Virus record (IMG/VR): IMGVR_UViG_2684623126_000004
From: a virus
Taxonomy: Duplodnaviria; Caudoviricetes
DNA length: 64,000 nucleotides
Direction: 5' to 3' (one strand)
Below are positions 18,845 through 28,097 of this stretch, one piece after another; the stretch's first letter is position 1, and every line of letters starts with the position of its first letter. The position numbers and the translations under genes are program-made. The notes below the pieces were generated by a model. It had not been told where the DNA came from. It saw only the letters and a program-made list of their open reading frames with translations, and searched no databases.

Positions 18845-19344
18845 TAGCGGTAGTCGTTCGAGTTGCCGGCGCCGATTTCGCCGAAGTAGTGGAAGAACGC
18901 CGTGCCGGTAATCATCAGCACCTGCGAGCGGTTCTCCCAGTCGCGGTCGGGGTCATCCACTTGGATGAAGCAATCGACGATGCGCTTGACGCGAAGGTAC
19001 TGCTGCGGCGTGCCCTCGTACACCTTGGCGTTGAAGTAGCCGCCCTTGGCGATGAGATTCACCAGCATCTGATCGACGCTGCCGGCCACATCTTCCAGCA
19101 GGGAGATTTGGCCCTGGTGGGCGATCTTGATTTGCTGGGCCTGGTACATCATCGAGCCCAGCGGCATCGGCACTTCGATTTCGCCGGCGGGCGCGGTCTG
19201 CGGCCACGGGAACTGCTTGCACTTGAGCCAGCTTTGCTCGAAGCCTTCGATTTCCAGGGAGAAGTCGCTGGAAATGGCCTTCGCGCCCAGGGCGCGGGTC
19301 GCGTCGTAGTGCCCCTTCAAAAGGGCAGAAGTAGAAACGGTCAT
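18844..19344 (-). CDS. Tail tube protein (P1 BplB-like)
   Basis: SD GAAAGGA and ATG at 19344 (MTVSTSALL...); 166 aa with tube-fold pattern; has its own late promoter C. Confidence 0.75.
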   Translation of the reverse strand: MTVSTSALLKGHYDATRALGAKAISSDFSLEIEGFEQSWLKCKQFPWPQTAPAGEIEVPMPLGSMMYQAQQIKIAHQGQISLLEDVAGSVDQMLVNLIAKGGYFNAKVYEGTPQQYLRVKRIVDCFIQVDDPDRDWENRSQVLMITGTAFFHYFGEIGAGNSNDYR

Positions 19345-19383
19345 GTCGTTGTCCTTTCGTAGGGGATAGAGACGTACATAGGC

Positions 19384-19428
19384 ACTGTATGGCACGCCCT
19401 GCCCAGCACCCGGCGCAGTTTTCCGCCT
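19384..19428 (-). promoter_or_regulatory. Putative late promoter (site C) upstream of tube gene
   Basis: AGGCGGAAAAC-N28-TACAGT. Confidence 0.7.
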
Positions 19429-19699
19429 ACTGACAAGCCAGAATGGCCGCTTCCAGCTCGGCCTCGTAGCCCTGGCGCTGCTTGCGCTCTGCGCGCAGGG
19501 CCGCCATCTGGCGGAAGACGGTGGAGCCCAGCGGAAGCGCCTCGACAGCGTAGGCCGGCTTCGTCGGAGCGGACACCTTGCACGGGACAGGAACAGGGAC
19601 AAGCACCTGCTGCACGTCGGGCGCGCGCTGCGCGGGCGCGGCGCACCCGGCAAGGCAGGTCAGCGCAGCAAGGGCGATGGTGAGGATGACGGTCTTCAT
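19427..19699 (-). CDS. o-spanin (Rz1-like lipoprotein)
   Basis: Lipobox LAGC after a hydrophobic signal, Pro-rich segment (VPVPVPC); start overlaps the i-spanin stop. Confidence 0.85.
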   Translation of the reverse strand: MKTVILTIALAALTCLAGCAAPAQRAPDVQQVLVPVPVPCKVSAPTKPAYAVEALPLGSTVFRQMAALRAERKQRQGYEAELEAAILACQ

Positions 19700-20109
19700 G
19701 GCTTCCCTCGCTCGGTCTTCAGTTCGGCGTCGAACGCGGCGGACGCGGCGGCGCACTCGTTGGCGCCGACTGGCGGCTGGGACTGCAAGATGCTCGCGGC
19801 CTGCGCCTGGTAGCCGGCGGATTCGGTCTTCGCCTTGTCGGCGGCGGCCTTGGCCTGCTGCTCGCGCTCGGCGGCCTGCGCAACCAGCTTCGTGAGTTCG
19901 TCGTTCTGCTTCTGCGCGGCGACGGCGACGGCGTTGTAGGACTGCTCGAAGGAATCGGCGCGGTCGTTGGCCGCCTTCAGTTGCGTTTCCAGCGCGGACA
20001 CCTTGGGCGAGTAGTAGGCGGACGTGGCCTTGTAGCCAAGCCCAATACCCACGGCGATCATGGCAATGACGCCCAGCGCCTTCCAGAGCAAGGGATTGAG
20101 CGGGTTCAT
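19696..20109 (-). CDS. i-spanin (Rz-like)
   Basis: N-terminal TM helix, long Ala/Gln coiled coil and a C-terminal Cys. Confidence 0.8.
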   Translation of the reverse strand: MNPLNPLLWKALGVIAMIAVGIGLGYKATSAYYSPKVSALETQLKAANDRADSFEQSYNAVAVAAQKQNDELTKLVAQAAEREQQAKAAADKAKTESAGYQAQAASILQSQPPVGANECAAASAAFDAELKTERGKP

Positions 20110-20351
20110 TGCGCCTCGCCTCCCGGCGCGTGCTCCTTGGGCTTGCTCTTGTCGCCCATGAGATACACGCCCAGGCCACCGACGAGGGAGCCGAAGCCGA
20201 TGCCGAACGCCTGCATGTCGAAGTCCTTGCCCTGGGCGATCACGCCCCACGCAGCCAGGACGATGAACGCGGCGATGCCGACAATGGCGGCAACCCGCCC
20301 CGTTTCCAGCGTCTCGCCGTCGTAGTCGGTGATGAGATCCTTGAGCGACAT
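20106..20351 (-). CDS. Holin-like protein (2 TM)
   Basis: 81 aa with two hydrophobic helices and a basic C-terminus; between endolysin and spanins. Confidence 0.65.
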   Translation of the reverse strand: MSLKDLITDYDGETLETGRVAAIVGIAAFIVLAAWGVIAQGKDFDMQAFGIGFGSLVGGLGVYLMGDKSKPKEHAPGGEAQ

Positions 20352-20370
20352 ATCATGCCCCTTTCTGCCG

Positions 20371-20979
20371 TCAGGCAAGTTCCGTGTCGTGCCGCTCGAA
20401 GGCAGCGGCCATCTTGGTGTCGTACTTGTTGGCCGCGTAGTTCGGGCCGTTGTAGTTCTTGGCGAACTTCGCCCAGTCCTGCGCCTTCAGCGCCGACCAG
20501 ATGGCCGGGTTCGCTTTCACGAAACGCACGAAGGCGTCCAGTTGTGCGGCCTCGTCCCGGTACATGGCATTGATGAACTCCTGCACGGAGCCGTAGCCCA
20601 GCAGTTGCCAGTGGAAGCCCATGATCTGGAACAGACCCCAGCTCGCCGATTCCAGCGCGCAGGCCCGGTGAATCTTCGCCGCCTCGTCCAGGCGGTCACA
20701 CTCGGCGACGCCGCCACGGTATCCGCCGGGCGTCGCATTGACGACGCCGGGGTGGCTCTTGGCGTAGGTTTCGGTCAGTTGCGGGCCGATGGCGTCCTTC
20801 AGGCGGCGGTACATGATGTGCCGCTCGAACAGGATGACGGGGCGGCCATCGTCGAAGAAGCCGGAGCCACGGCTTTCTACTTCGGTGACGGCCTTCACCG
20901 CCGCCACGGGCACGGACAGCAGCAGCGCGGCTTTCTGGAAGTCGGCGGGAATAAGTCGTTTGGATTCAGGCGTCGCCAT
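20371..20979 (-). CDS. Endolysin, N-acetylmuramidase (DUF3380/muramidase family)
   Basis: AVKAVTEVESRGSGF..PVILFERH..SASWGLFQIMGFHW..FAKNYNGP..YDTK motifs. Confidence 0.9.
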   Translation of the reverse strand: MATPESKRLIPADFQKAALLLSVPVAAVKAVTEVESRGSGFFDDGRPVILFERHIMYRRLKDAIGPQLTETYAKSHPGVVNATPGGYRGGVAECDRLDEAAKIHRACALESASWGLFQIMGFHWQLLGYGSVQEFINAMYRDEAAQLDAFVRFVKANPAIWSALKAQDWAKFAKNYNGPNYAANKYDTKMAAAFERHDTELA

Positions 20980-20980
20980 A

Positions 20981-21340
20981 TCAGCCACCCTTCTTGAATT
21001 TGTCCGTCATGCCCTGGATCAGGTCGTAGTAGTCGCGCTGCAACTCTTCGCGCGTCGGCGGCTCTACGCCATCGCACTCGCAACGACTGATGTATGCCAT
21101 GCACTTCGTGACGAAGCCGAAGATGTGGTTTCGCGCCGCCTCGACCTCGGCAAGGCGTTCGTCCAAGTCCTCCACGCGCTTCTGCAAGCGGGTGAAGGCG
21201 TCGCGGTCAGAGGCGTCGGCCTTGAGGGTCACAGCATCCTTGCTGACGCGAAGGCCAATCCATCGAAGGATCGTGAAGCCCAGCAGCGCCAGGCCGGCAA
21301 TGCCGCCTGCTTTCTGTTCGGGTGGAAGTCCGTCCAGCAT
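20981..21340 (-). CDS. Holin/antiholin-like membrane protein (1 TM plus coiled coil)
   Basis: N-terminal TM helix then a coiled coil; first gene of the lysis cassette. Confidence 0.5.
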   Translation of the reverse strand: MLDGLPPEQKAGGIAGLALLGFTILRWIGLRVSKDAVTLKADASDRDAFTRLQKRVEDLDERLAEVEAARNHIFGFVTKCMAYISRCECDGVEPPTREELQRDYYDLIQGMTDKFKKGG

Positions 21341-21342
21341 CC

Positions 21343-21570
21343 TTACATCCTCCGACGGGCAAGCACCTTCCCGAGATTGCCAATGGAGCGAATCACGGTG
21401 TTCAGGCGATCAACGGTTGCGGCTTGCGTTTTCAACTCGGCTTCCTTTCCTTTCTTCCAGTCCTCGAAGGGCTTACCCTCGAAGAACCGTTTAGCGACGC
21501 TGGGCTGCATCGCCAAGGCTTCGTTCAGTGATGTGGATGAATATAGGGTGAGGCTAGATGCCGTCCCCAT
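21343..21570 (-). CDS. Small ORF overlapping the PmgB-like gene (tail-assembly 'T'-like ORF)
   Basis: 75 aa, overlapping the upstream gene end by 17 nt; its frame is also open further upstream. Confidence 0.55.
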   Translation of the reverse strand: MGTASSLTLYSSTSLNEALAMQPSVAKRFFEGKPFEDWKKGKEAELKTQAATVDRLNTVIRSIGNLGKVLARRRM

Positions 21571-21581
21571 CAGGTTTTCCG
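21540..21581 (-). promoter_or_regulatory. Putative late promoter (site F) pointing into the lysis cassette
   Basis: CGGAAAAC-N28-TATATT, same spacing as sites A-C. Confidence 0.55.
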
Positions 21582-22327
21582 ACCAACTCGCGCGCCATTC
21601 GGGAGAGACAGGAATGAACCGGAAATCGGGCCGGAGGCAAGTTGCTTGCCGCCCCTCCTTTCGGCATAGCCACGATGCCGTCCTCGGTAAATTCCAGCTT
21701 GAAGAAGTGGTGCAGCTTGTCGCGGCCTTCCAGGTACAAGCCCATCAGCCGCGTGAAGTCGCTGTCCGGGTAGCCCTTCAGCACGCGCACGCGCGACAGC
21801 AGGTATTCGTCGAATGCGCCCTCGCCGTCGGCGGCCTCCGGCGCTTCCTCGCCGGTGCGCAGTAGTTGCGCAGCCATCGCGCCGAACAACCAGTGCAGAC
21901 GGCCAGAAAGGCCCTCGACCTCGCCTACCATGCGCTCGATGGATTCAGCCATCGCGCCGGTGAGGTGTCGGACGTGCCAGGTGTCGCCGCCGACCTCGCC
22001 CACCTCGACGGCCTGCACCGAAGTCTGGATGTCGGCTTCGCCTTGCAGGTAGTCCGAGTAGCGCCCCGCGCCCAGCGAGAAGTCGGGGCCGTCCTCGGTC
22101 GTGGCGGAAAGGTAGTGGCAGACGGCCAGGATGCGCTCCTGCACCGTCCAGCGGGCCGGGTCATCGACGCCACCCTTCGACGCATCGACGGCAGCGCGCA
22201 GGAAGGCCGTGGTGCTGGCTTCTTCCATGTGGCCGGGCATGGCGGCCAGGGCCAGCGAATCGCCGATGGACAGTTCGCGCAGTTGCAGCGTCAAGCGTCG
22301 CGTGCGAAGTGGGGGAAAGTAGATCAT
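21554..22327 (-). CDS. Baseplate/tail assembly protein (P1 PmgB-like)
   Basis: FPPLRT..LRELSIGD..TTAFLRA..RWTVQERILAV resembles recalled P1 PmgB (WTAQDRITAL). Confidence 0.55.
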   Translation of the reverse strand: MIYFPPLRTRRLTLQLRELSIGDSLALAAMPGHMEEASTTAFLRAAVDASKGGVDDPARWTVQERILAVCHYLSATTEDGPDFSLGAGRYSDYLQGEADIQTSVQAVEVGEVGGDTWHVRHLTGAMAESIERMVGEVEGLSGRLHWLFGAMAAQLLRTGEEAPEAADGEGAFDEYLLSRVRVLKGYPDSDFTRLMGLYLEGRDKLHHFFKLEFTEDGIVAMPKGGAASNLPPARFPVHSCLSRMARELVGKPDGDGI

Positions 22328-22341
22328 GGGGTCTGGTGCTC

Positions 22342-23166
22342 CTACGTGAGGCTGACTTTCTGGGAATTCGCCCAGTCCTTGCGGTCAAGGGCGGTCAGCG
22401 TGCAGAGGGTCATGGGCACGGCGAGCTCGACGTACTGGCCGTTCGCATCCACGGGGGAGTTCATGGGCATACCGATGGACTCGATCACCAGTGGCGAGTA
22501 GGTACGGCCCTTGAACTTCATGGCGACGCGCGTGGGCGACTTCGACGGCATCAGGGCTTCGACATAGCCCATGTCACCCTTCGTCGTCTCGGCGGCGCGC
22601 GCCAGCAGGGAGCCATCCTTCGAGAGCTCGATGGGCAAGGCCCACTCCATCAGCTTGTTGAACGGGGCTTCGACCTCGCTTGCCGGGTCGCGCCAAGCGC
22701 GGAACAGGGCCACCACCTGGATCTTCACCGGCGGCATCCCGTTGAAAACCTGCGTGCTGTTCAGCTTCGTGATGCCGGTGCGCCCCTCGAATTGCTTGAG
22801 GAAGTCGTTGGACTTCTGCTGGGCGCTGCCCTCCGTCTTCGTCCCCGACTTGTTGCCGGGCAGCATGACATCGACGATGGGCTGAAGCGCGCCGGACTGA
22901 AGCATCGCCATGAGCGCCGGGGCCTTCGATTCCGGCCCGGCCTGCTCGAACGGGCTCTGCCAGTTCAGCACCATTTCCATATTCGCCTCGGTCAGCGGCG
23001 CGAGCACGGTGGCCGCGTCGCTCTGCGAGGTGCGCCCCCAGGAATCGTCGCCGGTCTTGACCACCTCGTAGAAGCTGGCGATCAGGTGCGGCGAAAGCCC
23101 GTCCCAGAGAGAGGACAGGCCGCCGCCTACCAGTGTGGGCGGGAGAATGGAAGGGATGTTTGGCAT
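22342..23166 (-). CDS. Tube-initiator baseplate protein (P1 PmgG-like, T4 gp48-like)
   Basis: LNWQSPF..STQVFNGMPP..DPASEVEAP..LVIESIGMPMNSPVDANGQY pattern. Confidence 0.6.
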   Translation of the reverse strand: MPNIPSILPPTLVGGGLSSLWDGLSPHLIASFYEVVKTGDDSWGRTSQSDAATVLAPLTEANMEMVLNWQSPFEQAGPESKAPALMAMLQSGALQPIVDVMLPGNKSGTKTEGSAQQKSNDFLKQFEGRTGITKLNSTQVFNGMPPVKIQVVALFRAWRDPASEVEAPFNKLMEWALPIELSKDGSLLARAAETTKGDMGYVEALMPSKSPTRVAMKFKGRTYSPLVIESIGMPMNSPVDANGQYVELAVPMTLCTLTALDRKDWANSQKVSLT

Positions 23167-23168
23167 AG

Positions 23169-23204
23169 AATAAAAAGGGCGCTACCGCTCTCGCAGCAGC
23201 GCCC
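23169..23204 (-). terminator. Intrinsic terminator after capsid/sheath/gp7-like operon
   Basis: GGGCGCT-GCTGC-GAGA-GCGGT-AGCGCCC hairpin followed by TTTTTATT. Confidence 0.7.
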
Positions 23205-23232
23205 AAGGCCCCATCATGGCAAGGAGAACTTC

Positions 23233-23919
23233 TTACTTCAGGCCCGCGCGCTGGCGGATGCGCATGGACTTCATGCGGCGCATCATCGCCCCGGCGGAAT
23301 GGCTCTTCATGCGCGCCTTGCGGATCGCCACCTTCTGCTTGGCAGACAGGCGGACGTGGCCGGAGATACGCTTGTTGATGCGCACCTTCTTCCCGCCACG
23401 GATGACCACCTTCTTGCGGTAGGCAGCGTCCAGCGCAGGCTCTTGGTCGTCGTCGGAGAACACGAAGGCGTCGATGTCATCGCCGGCGCCGTCTTCGCCA
23501 TCGGGCAGCACGGATGCCACCAGGTCGCGCACGCGGTCGGCGGCCTCGCCGTCCCAGTCGTTCAGCAGCGCGCCGGCGTCCTCTTCGGACACGCCGCACT
23601 TCACGAGGTAGTCCCAGGCGGTGTTGAGCGCCACTTGCAGGACGCCCTGCTCGTCTTCGGTGATGTCGCCGTCCTTGTTGGCATCGGCGATACCCACGAA
23701 GAGAGCCATCAGGCGGTCGGCGTAGCTTTCGCCATCGTCCAGGTCGTCGGTTTCTGCCCATTGCTGGACGGCGGCCACAGCCGACACGGAAATGTCGGCG
23801 ATGGTGTAGTCGTCGGCGCCGGACAGCTTCGGCTCCTTGTCGTCGGCGCTGTCCAGCGTCTTCTTGGCAGCGGGATCCGGGCGCTTGAGCGCGCCACGCA
23901 GCATTTCAGTCACGTTCAT
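23233..23919 (-). CDS. P1 gp7-like prohead core/scaffold-type protein
   Basis: Very acidic body with a highly basic C-terminal tail (KKVVIRGGKKVRINKR..LSAKQKVAIRKARMKS), like P1 gp7 and T4 core proteins. Confidence 0.7.
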   Translation of the reverse strand: MNVTEMLRGALKRPDPAAKKTLDSADDKEPKLSGADDYTIADISVSAVAAVQQWAETDDLDDGESYADRLMALFVGIADANKDGDITEDEQGVLQVALNTAWDYLVKCGVSEEDAGALLNDWDGEAADRVRDLVASVLPDGEDGAGDDIDAFVFSDDDQEPALDAAYRKKVVIRGGKKVRINKRISGHVRLSAKQKVAIRKARMKSHSAGAMMRRMKSMRIRQRAGLK

Positions 23920-23959
23920 GGTTTTGCTTCCTTTCCTCTATACGGTTTGCGGGTGGCGG

Positions 23960-25657
23960 TTACTTGCTCAAGGTCTGCGTTACGAAGGTGCGGCGGTTCG
24001 TGCCGTCGTAGCGCAGGGCGTAGGTCACATCCATGTCTTCGTAGGGCCGCATTTCATTGGGCCGCACGTCATACACGAACGCCTTGCCGCCCATTTCCGG
24101 CTCGCTGGAAGGCACGATCCACTTGGACGCCTCCGCACCCTCGAAGAGGGTTTGCAGGAAGTCCTTGGTCTTCTTCACCGACATATCCATCGGCAGTTGC
24201 AGGTTGTCCTTCGCAGCGCGCGTCACGGCCTCGTCGATGCTGGTGCTCATGTCGGCCACCGCGATCAGCTTCTTGAGGCTGGATTCGACCAGCGCGCAGG
24301 TCAGCGAATCGCGGAAGACGTAGCGCCCGCCGCCGGTGTAGGTTTCGTACACCACCGGGTTGATCTTGGCGCGCGCGAGCGCGTTCAAGTCCTGGTCGCG
24401 CAGCTTGACGGTCTGCGTAATCTTCACGCGCTGGATGGCCCATTCGCGGCCCGCAATCGGGTAGTTCTTCGGCGCGAAGCCCTTGGCATTCACCTGGGCG
24501 TTACGACCGCAGGCGTAGGCGATGTTCAGCGTCGCCGTGCCGAAGTAGCCGTTGGGATTCACGCCCGTCGGGTCGTCGGACTTCAGCGGAGCCCAGAAGG
24601 CGTGCATCAGGTGCGCGGTCTGGCTGGCGCCCATGTTGAGCTGATTGACGAACGCGATGGCCGCTTCCACCGACAGGTTGCCGGGGATGTCGAAGCGGAG
24701 CTGGCGGTTCGTGTCGAACGCCAGTTGCGCGAGCTGGGCCAGCAGCGCCGGGGCCTGCGTGCCGCCGGACGAGATATAGGCGTAATCGAACTGCGTGTAT
24801 TGCAGCTTTTCACGCGCGCCCATGTAGTCCTGCGTGGTGTAGGCCGTGCCGCCTTCGGAGAAGCACACCTGCACGCCGGACTTCGCCCATTGCTGGCGCC
24901 CGTTGGTGTCGTAGCCGTAGGCTTCGGAGCCGGCGGCGATGACGGCGGCAGCGCCCAGCACGCCGGTCTGCAATTCGACGGCATCGGTCTGGCCCTGGGC
25001 CACGTCCGGCAGGTAGTTCGAGTTGCCGTAGTCGTCCTTGGAATCGGACTTCAGCGAGCCGTAGAACTCGTACAGCAGGTTGTCGTCCTTGTCGCGCAGG
25101 CGCAGCGTGAGCTTGTCGTTGGCGACATCCAGGCCAGCGTCCTGCACGGATTCGGCACGGAACTCGATCTGGATGCCGTCGTTGTGGCATTCCAGGTGCT
25201 TGACGGCGAACAGGAACGGGGTTTCCAGTTCCTCGAAGGCGTCCTCGGTCATCACCGTGTAGGTGAAGTCGCCCGTCGGGGCCGGAGCCACGGGCGGCTC
25301 GGCTGCCGGGTCGCCGGCGGTCATTTCGACGGCCACCACCAGCCACTTGATGGCGGCGGAGGTCGTGGAAAGACGCTGGATGATGGCCTGGTAAGCGCCC
25401 TTGTTCAGGGCTTCCACGACATGCACCCACGCCTCGTTGAGCGCGGACAAGCGCACCTGCTCGCCGTTGCCCAGCTTCTTGAACACGTTGCCGCGATCCA
25501 CGGCGAACGGCTTGTCGATACGGCCACGAGTGGCCCGCATCATGATCCCGAACACCTGGTCGGAGTTATCACCGGCGGGAATCTCGGAGTTGTCGCGCAG
25601 CGGGTTGAGCTGAACGCCGGATTCCGCACCGAGTTGTCGCACGAAAGCGGTACTCAT
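23960..25657 (-). CDS. Contractile tail sheath protein (P1 gp22-like)
   Basis: 565 aa; RGRIDKPF at the N-terminus and LNALARAKINPV..YVFRDSLT..YDVRP..VTYALRYDG sheath C-terminal pattern. Confidence 0.85.
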   Translation of the reverse strand: MSTAFVRQLGAESGVQLNPLRDNSEIPAGDNSDQVFGIMMRATRGRIDKPFAVDRGNVFKKLGNGEQVRLSALNEAWVHVVEALNKGAYQAIIQRLSTTSAAIKWLVVAVEMTAGDPAAEPPVAPAPTGDFTYTVMTEDAFEELETPFLFAVKHLECHNDGIQIEFRAESVQDAGLDVANDKLTLRLRDKDDNLLYEFYGSLKSDSKDDYGNSNYLPDVAQGQTDAVELQTGVLGAAAVIAAGSEAYGYDTNGRQQWAKSGVQVCFSEGGTAYTTQDYMGAREKLQYTQFDYAYISSGGTQAPALLAQLAQLAFDTNRQLRFDIPGNLSVEAAIAFVNQLNMGASQTAHLMHAFWAPLKSDDPTGVNPNGYFGTATLNIAYACGRNAQVNAKGFAPKNYPIAGREWAIQRVKITQTVKLRDQDLNALARAKINPVVYETYTGGGRYVFRDSLTCALVESSLKKLIAVADMSTSIDEAVTRAAKDNLQLPMDMSVKKTKDFLQTLFEGAEASKWIVPSSEPEMGGKAFVYDVRPNEMRPYEDMDVTYALRYDGTNRRTFVTQTLSK

Positions 25658-25672
25658 GGCCTCTCCCTTCTA

Positions 25673-26323
25673 TTACGCGCCGGTGGCTTGTTGGCCGTCG
25701 GCAGCGCCGTTTTCTTGACCGGCAGCGCCGGCACCTTCACCGCTGGCATCGCCGGTCGGCGCAACAGGGTCGGCGGTCTTGTCACCCTCGGGGGCGACAG
25801 GAGCGGCGTCCAGCAGCGCGGCCAGGTCGGCCTTCTTGGCATTGGCCTGGAACTCGATGCCCTTGGCCTTCAGTGCGTCCTTGAGTTGGTCGTAGGACAG
25901 ACCTTCGGACGGCTTCTTGACGATGGTTTCGCCGCCCTCGCCGCCGGCGCCCGTGCCTTCGCCCGAACCCGTGCCGCCGGCACCTTCACCGCTGGCATCG
26001 CCATCGGTTTCAGCCGGGATAGCGCCGTCGGAAATGGTCACGGCCAGCTTGTAGCGGTTGAGCTCGGCGATCTGCTCGATGCTCGAAGCCACGCGCTGGA
26101 ACAGGTCGTGCGAGGCAACCTTGACGGTCTTCGCGCTTTCCTTGTCGTTGGCGACGTGCTTCAGGAACAGGCCCGGCACCTCGGGGAAAACCACGTCGCG
26201 CGGCATGTGGTTCTTCACCGTGATGGTGAGCGGGTACTTGGCGTCGGCGAAAGCCTCGGCCACCAGTTGGTTGGCGTCCTTCCCCGTGAGGGAAGGAGCG
26301 CCCAGCTTGACGATCTTGGTCAT
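25673..26323 (-). CDS. Capsid-adjacent protein with HeH/LEM-like motif
   Basis: LSYDQLKDALKAKGIEFQANAKKADLAALL within low-complexity linkers; directly after the MCP gene. Confidence 0.6.
   Translation of the reverse strand: MTKIVKLGAPSLTGKDANQLVAEAFADAKYPLTITVKNHMPRDVVFPEVPGLFLKHVANDKESAKTVKVASHDLFQRVASSIEQIAELNRYKLAVTISDGAIPAETDGDASGEGAGGTGSGEGTGAGGEGGETIVKKPSEGLSYDQLKDALKAKGIEFQANAKKADLAALLDAAPVAPEGDKTADPVAPTGDASGEGAGAAGQENGAADGQQATGA
25727..26002. repeat. 27-bp exact direct repeat flanking the HeH motif
   Basis: GCCGGCACCTTCACCGCTGGCATCGCC at 25727-25753 and 25976-26002, 249 bp apart. Confidence 0.85.
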
Positions 26324-26350
26324 GTTGGTGCTCCTTTCCGGCCTGGGCGA

Positions 26351-28033
26351 TTAGCGCAGGTTGGTCACGTTGATGGTGGCGCAGCCCAGCGAAGACGGGC
26401 CGTGCGGATTGACCGCCGTGAAGTTGCGGGCGTAGAAGCCGGCGCCTTCGCGCAGGTCATCGCCGGCCAGCAGGGGCTTGACGGTCGGGGGAACGGCATC
26501 GCCCAGGACGATGGGGTTGCGCGCCACGTCGGTAGCACGGCCCACGCAGAGGATGTTGCCGCTGTTGGCGGTTTCGGCCACTTCCTTCGGGGTGTAGTAC
26601 ACCTCGTACTGGCCGAACAGGCGGCCCACGCGGAAGATGCCGGGGCGGACGGCGATACCGGACGGCTCGAAGATGTCGTTGGCGAGCGTCAGGAACTGCG
26701 AAGCGATGTCCTTGCCGACATACAGGTGGGTGATACCGTGGTTCATGGTATCGACGGCCATCTGCTGCGACGCATTGGCGAGAGCCGCGCCGAAGTCGTG
26801 CCAGATGTCGTTGCGCTTGAGCTGCGTCGAACGGTTCGCCCAGTCGAAGTTGTAGGTGGACTGGTTGTTCGCGGCCAGACGGCGGGCCTTCGCCAGCACG
26901 TTGTAGTGGCGCTCGTTGGCAAACTGGTTCTGGATGGCGATGATGCTTTCGCTGTACGGATCCAGGTTCAGTTCGTTCGCCATCTGGGTGCGGCCGTCGA
27001 TGCTCTGACGGGTGATGACGCGCCACGGGGCCGCGTACAGCGGGAAGGTGCTGACGGACGTGATGATCGAGGGGGTAACGCTCGGGTCACGCTCGAAGTC
27101 GATGAAGCCTTCCACCGTCACGGGGATGGTGTCGGGCATCTTCGGGGTCGTGGTCAGCGCATACACGCCGGTGTCGGTGTTGATGGTGCCGCCGATCACG
27201 TAGGTGGTGCCCGCGATGGTGATGCTGCCATTGACCGGCGAGTTGCCGGCGCCGGAGCTGTTGATCGGCTCTTGGGCGGCAAGCACGCCATTGACATACA
27301 CCTGCGAGCGGCCACGCAGCAGCTTGACGCCGGTAGCGCCCTGGTCGCAGGTGTCGCTGGTGGCTTGACCGACGGTCAGCTTGCCGCCCACGGTGCCGTC
27401 AGCGGTCGCCGGGGTGGTGGTATGGACGCGGGACGCGCCGACGTAGGCGCCGCCGGAGTGCGTGCCGTCCAGCAGGTCGTTCTGGGCGTAGGCGCCGAAG
27501 GTGTTGCCGGCCTGGTGGCTCACGATGGCGAGCTTGGCTTCGTTGGAGCCGATGTCCGCCGGCAGGTAGTGCGCGAACGGGATGGCTTCGGCGAAGGTGG
27601 TCAGGATGGACACCACGGCGCGGTTCGGCTGGATGGAACCCTGGTCGTGATGGACGGACGAGGCCGAATCCAGCGCGGCGCCGTACTTGCGCTTGGCTTC
27701 GCTGGTGGTGGCGTAGGCCAGGTGCAGAGCCTGCTCGGCCACGTCAGCGGGGACGGTCATGCCGTGCTGCTCTTCGTAGATTTTCACGCCGTCGAGGATG
27801 GCGCGAGTGACGCGCTCCTTCTCGCCTTCATCCTTGCAGTCGTCGAGGACGGCTTGCAGGGTTTCGGGGATCTTGACGCCCGAACTTTGGCTCGTCGCGG
27901 TCGCCATGAAGTCGGCGGCTGCGGCGGAATCGAAGGTGCCGCTCGGGGCGGCATTGTCCTTCAGGGAGGTGATGAAATTGGATACTTCGGCAGTCTCGCG
28001 CTTGAAGTAATCCTGTTGGATGCGCTTGGTCAT
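26351..28033 (-). CDS. Major capsid protein (P1 gp23-like)
   Basis: 560 aa; AGNTFGAYAQNDLLD, LLRGRSQVYVNG, RVGRLFGQYEVYY and VLGDAVP match P1-type MCP features; N-terminal propeptide. Confidence 0.88.
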   Translation of the reverse strand: MTKRIQQDYFKRETAEVSNFITSLKDNAAPSGTFDSAAAADFMATATSQSSGVKIPETLQAVLDDCKDEGEKERVTRAILDGVKIYEEQHGMTVPADVAEQALHLAYATTSEAKRKYGAALDSASSVHHDQGSIQPNRAVVSILTTFAEAIPFAHYLPADIGSNEAKLAIVSHQAGNTFGAYAQNDLLDGTHSGGAYVGASRVHTTTPATADGTVGGKLTVGQATSDTCDQGATGVKLLRGRSQVYVNGVLAAQEPINSSGAGNSPVNGSITIAGTTYVIGGTINTDTGVYALTTTPKMPDTIPVTVEGFIDFERDPSVTPSIITSVSTFPLYAAPWRVITRQSIDGRTQMANELNLDPYSESIIAIQNQFANERHYNVLAKARRLAANNQSTYNFDWANRSTQLKRNDIWHDFGAALANASQQMAVDTMNHGITHLYVGKDIASQFLTLANDIFEPSGIAVRPGIFRVGRLFGQYEVYYTPKEVAETANSGNILCVGRATDVARNPIVLGDAVPPTVKPLLAGDDLREGAGFYARNFTAVNPHGPSSLGCATINVTNLR

Positions 28034-28097
28034 GGTTTCGTGTCCTTTCGGAGAAGTTCAAACACAGGAAATGCCGACTGGTAGCCGACTGCTGGTC

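Noticed and set aside
23837-28084. 1415-aa plus-strand ORF
   Set aside because: Antisense shadow of the sheath and capsid genes.
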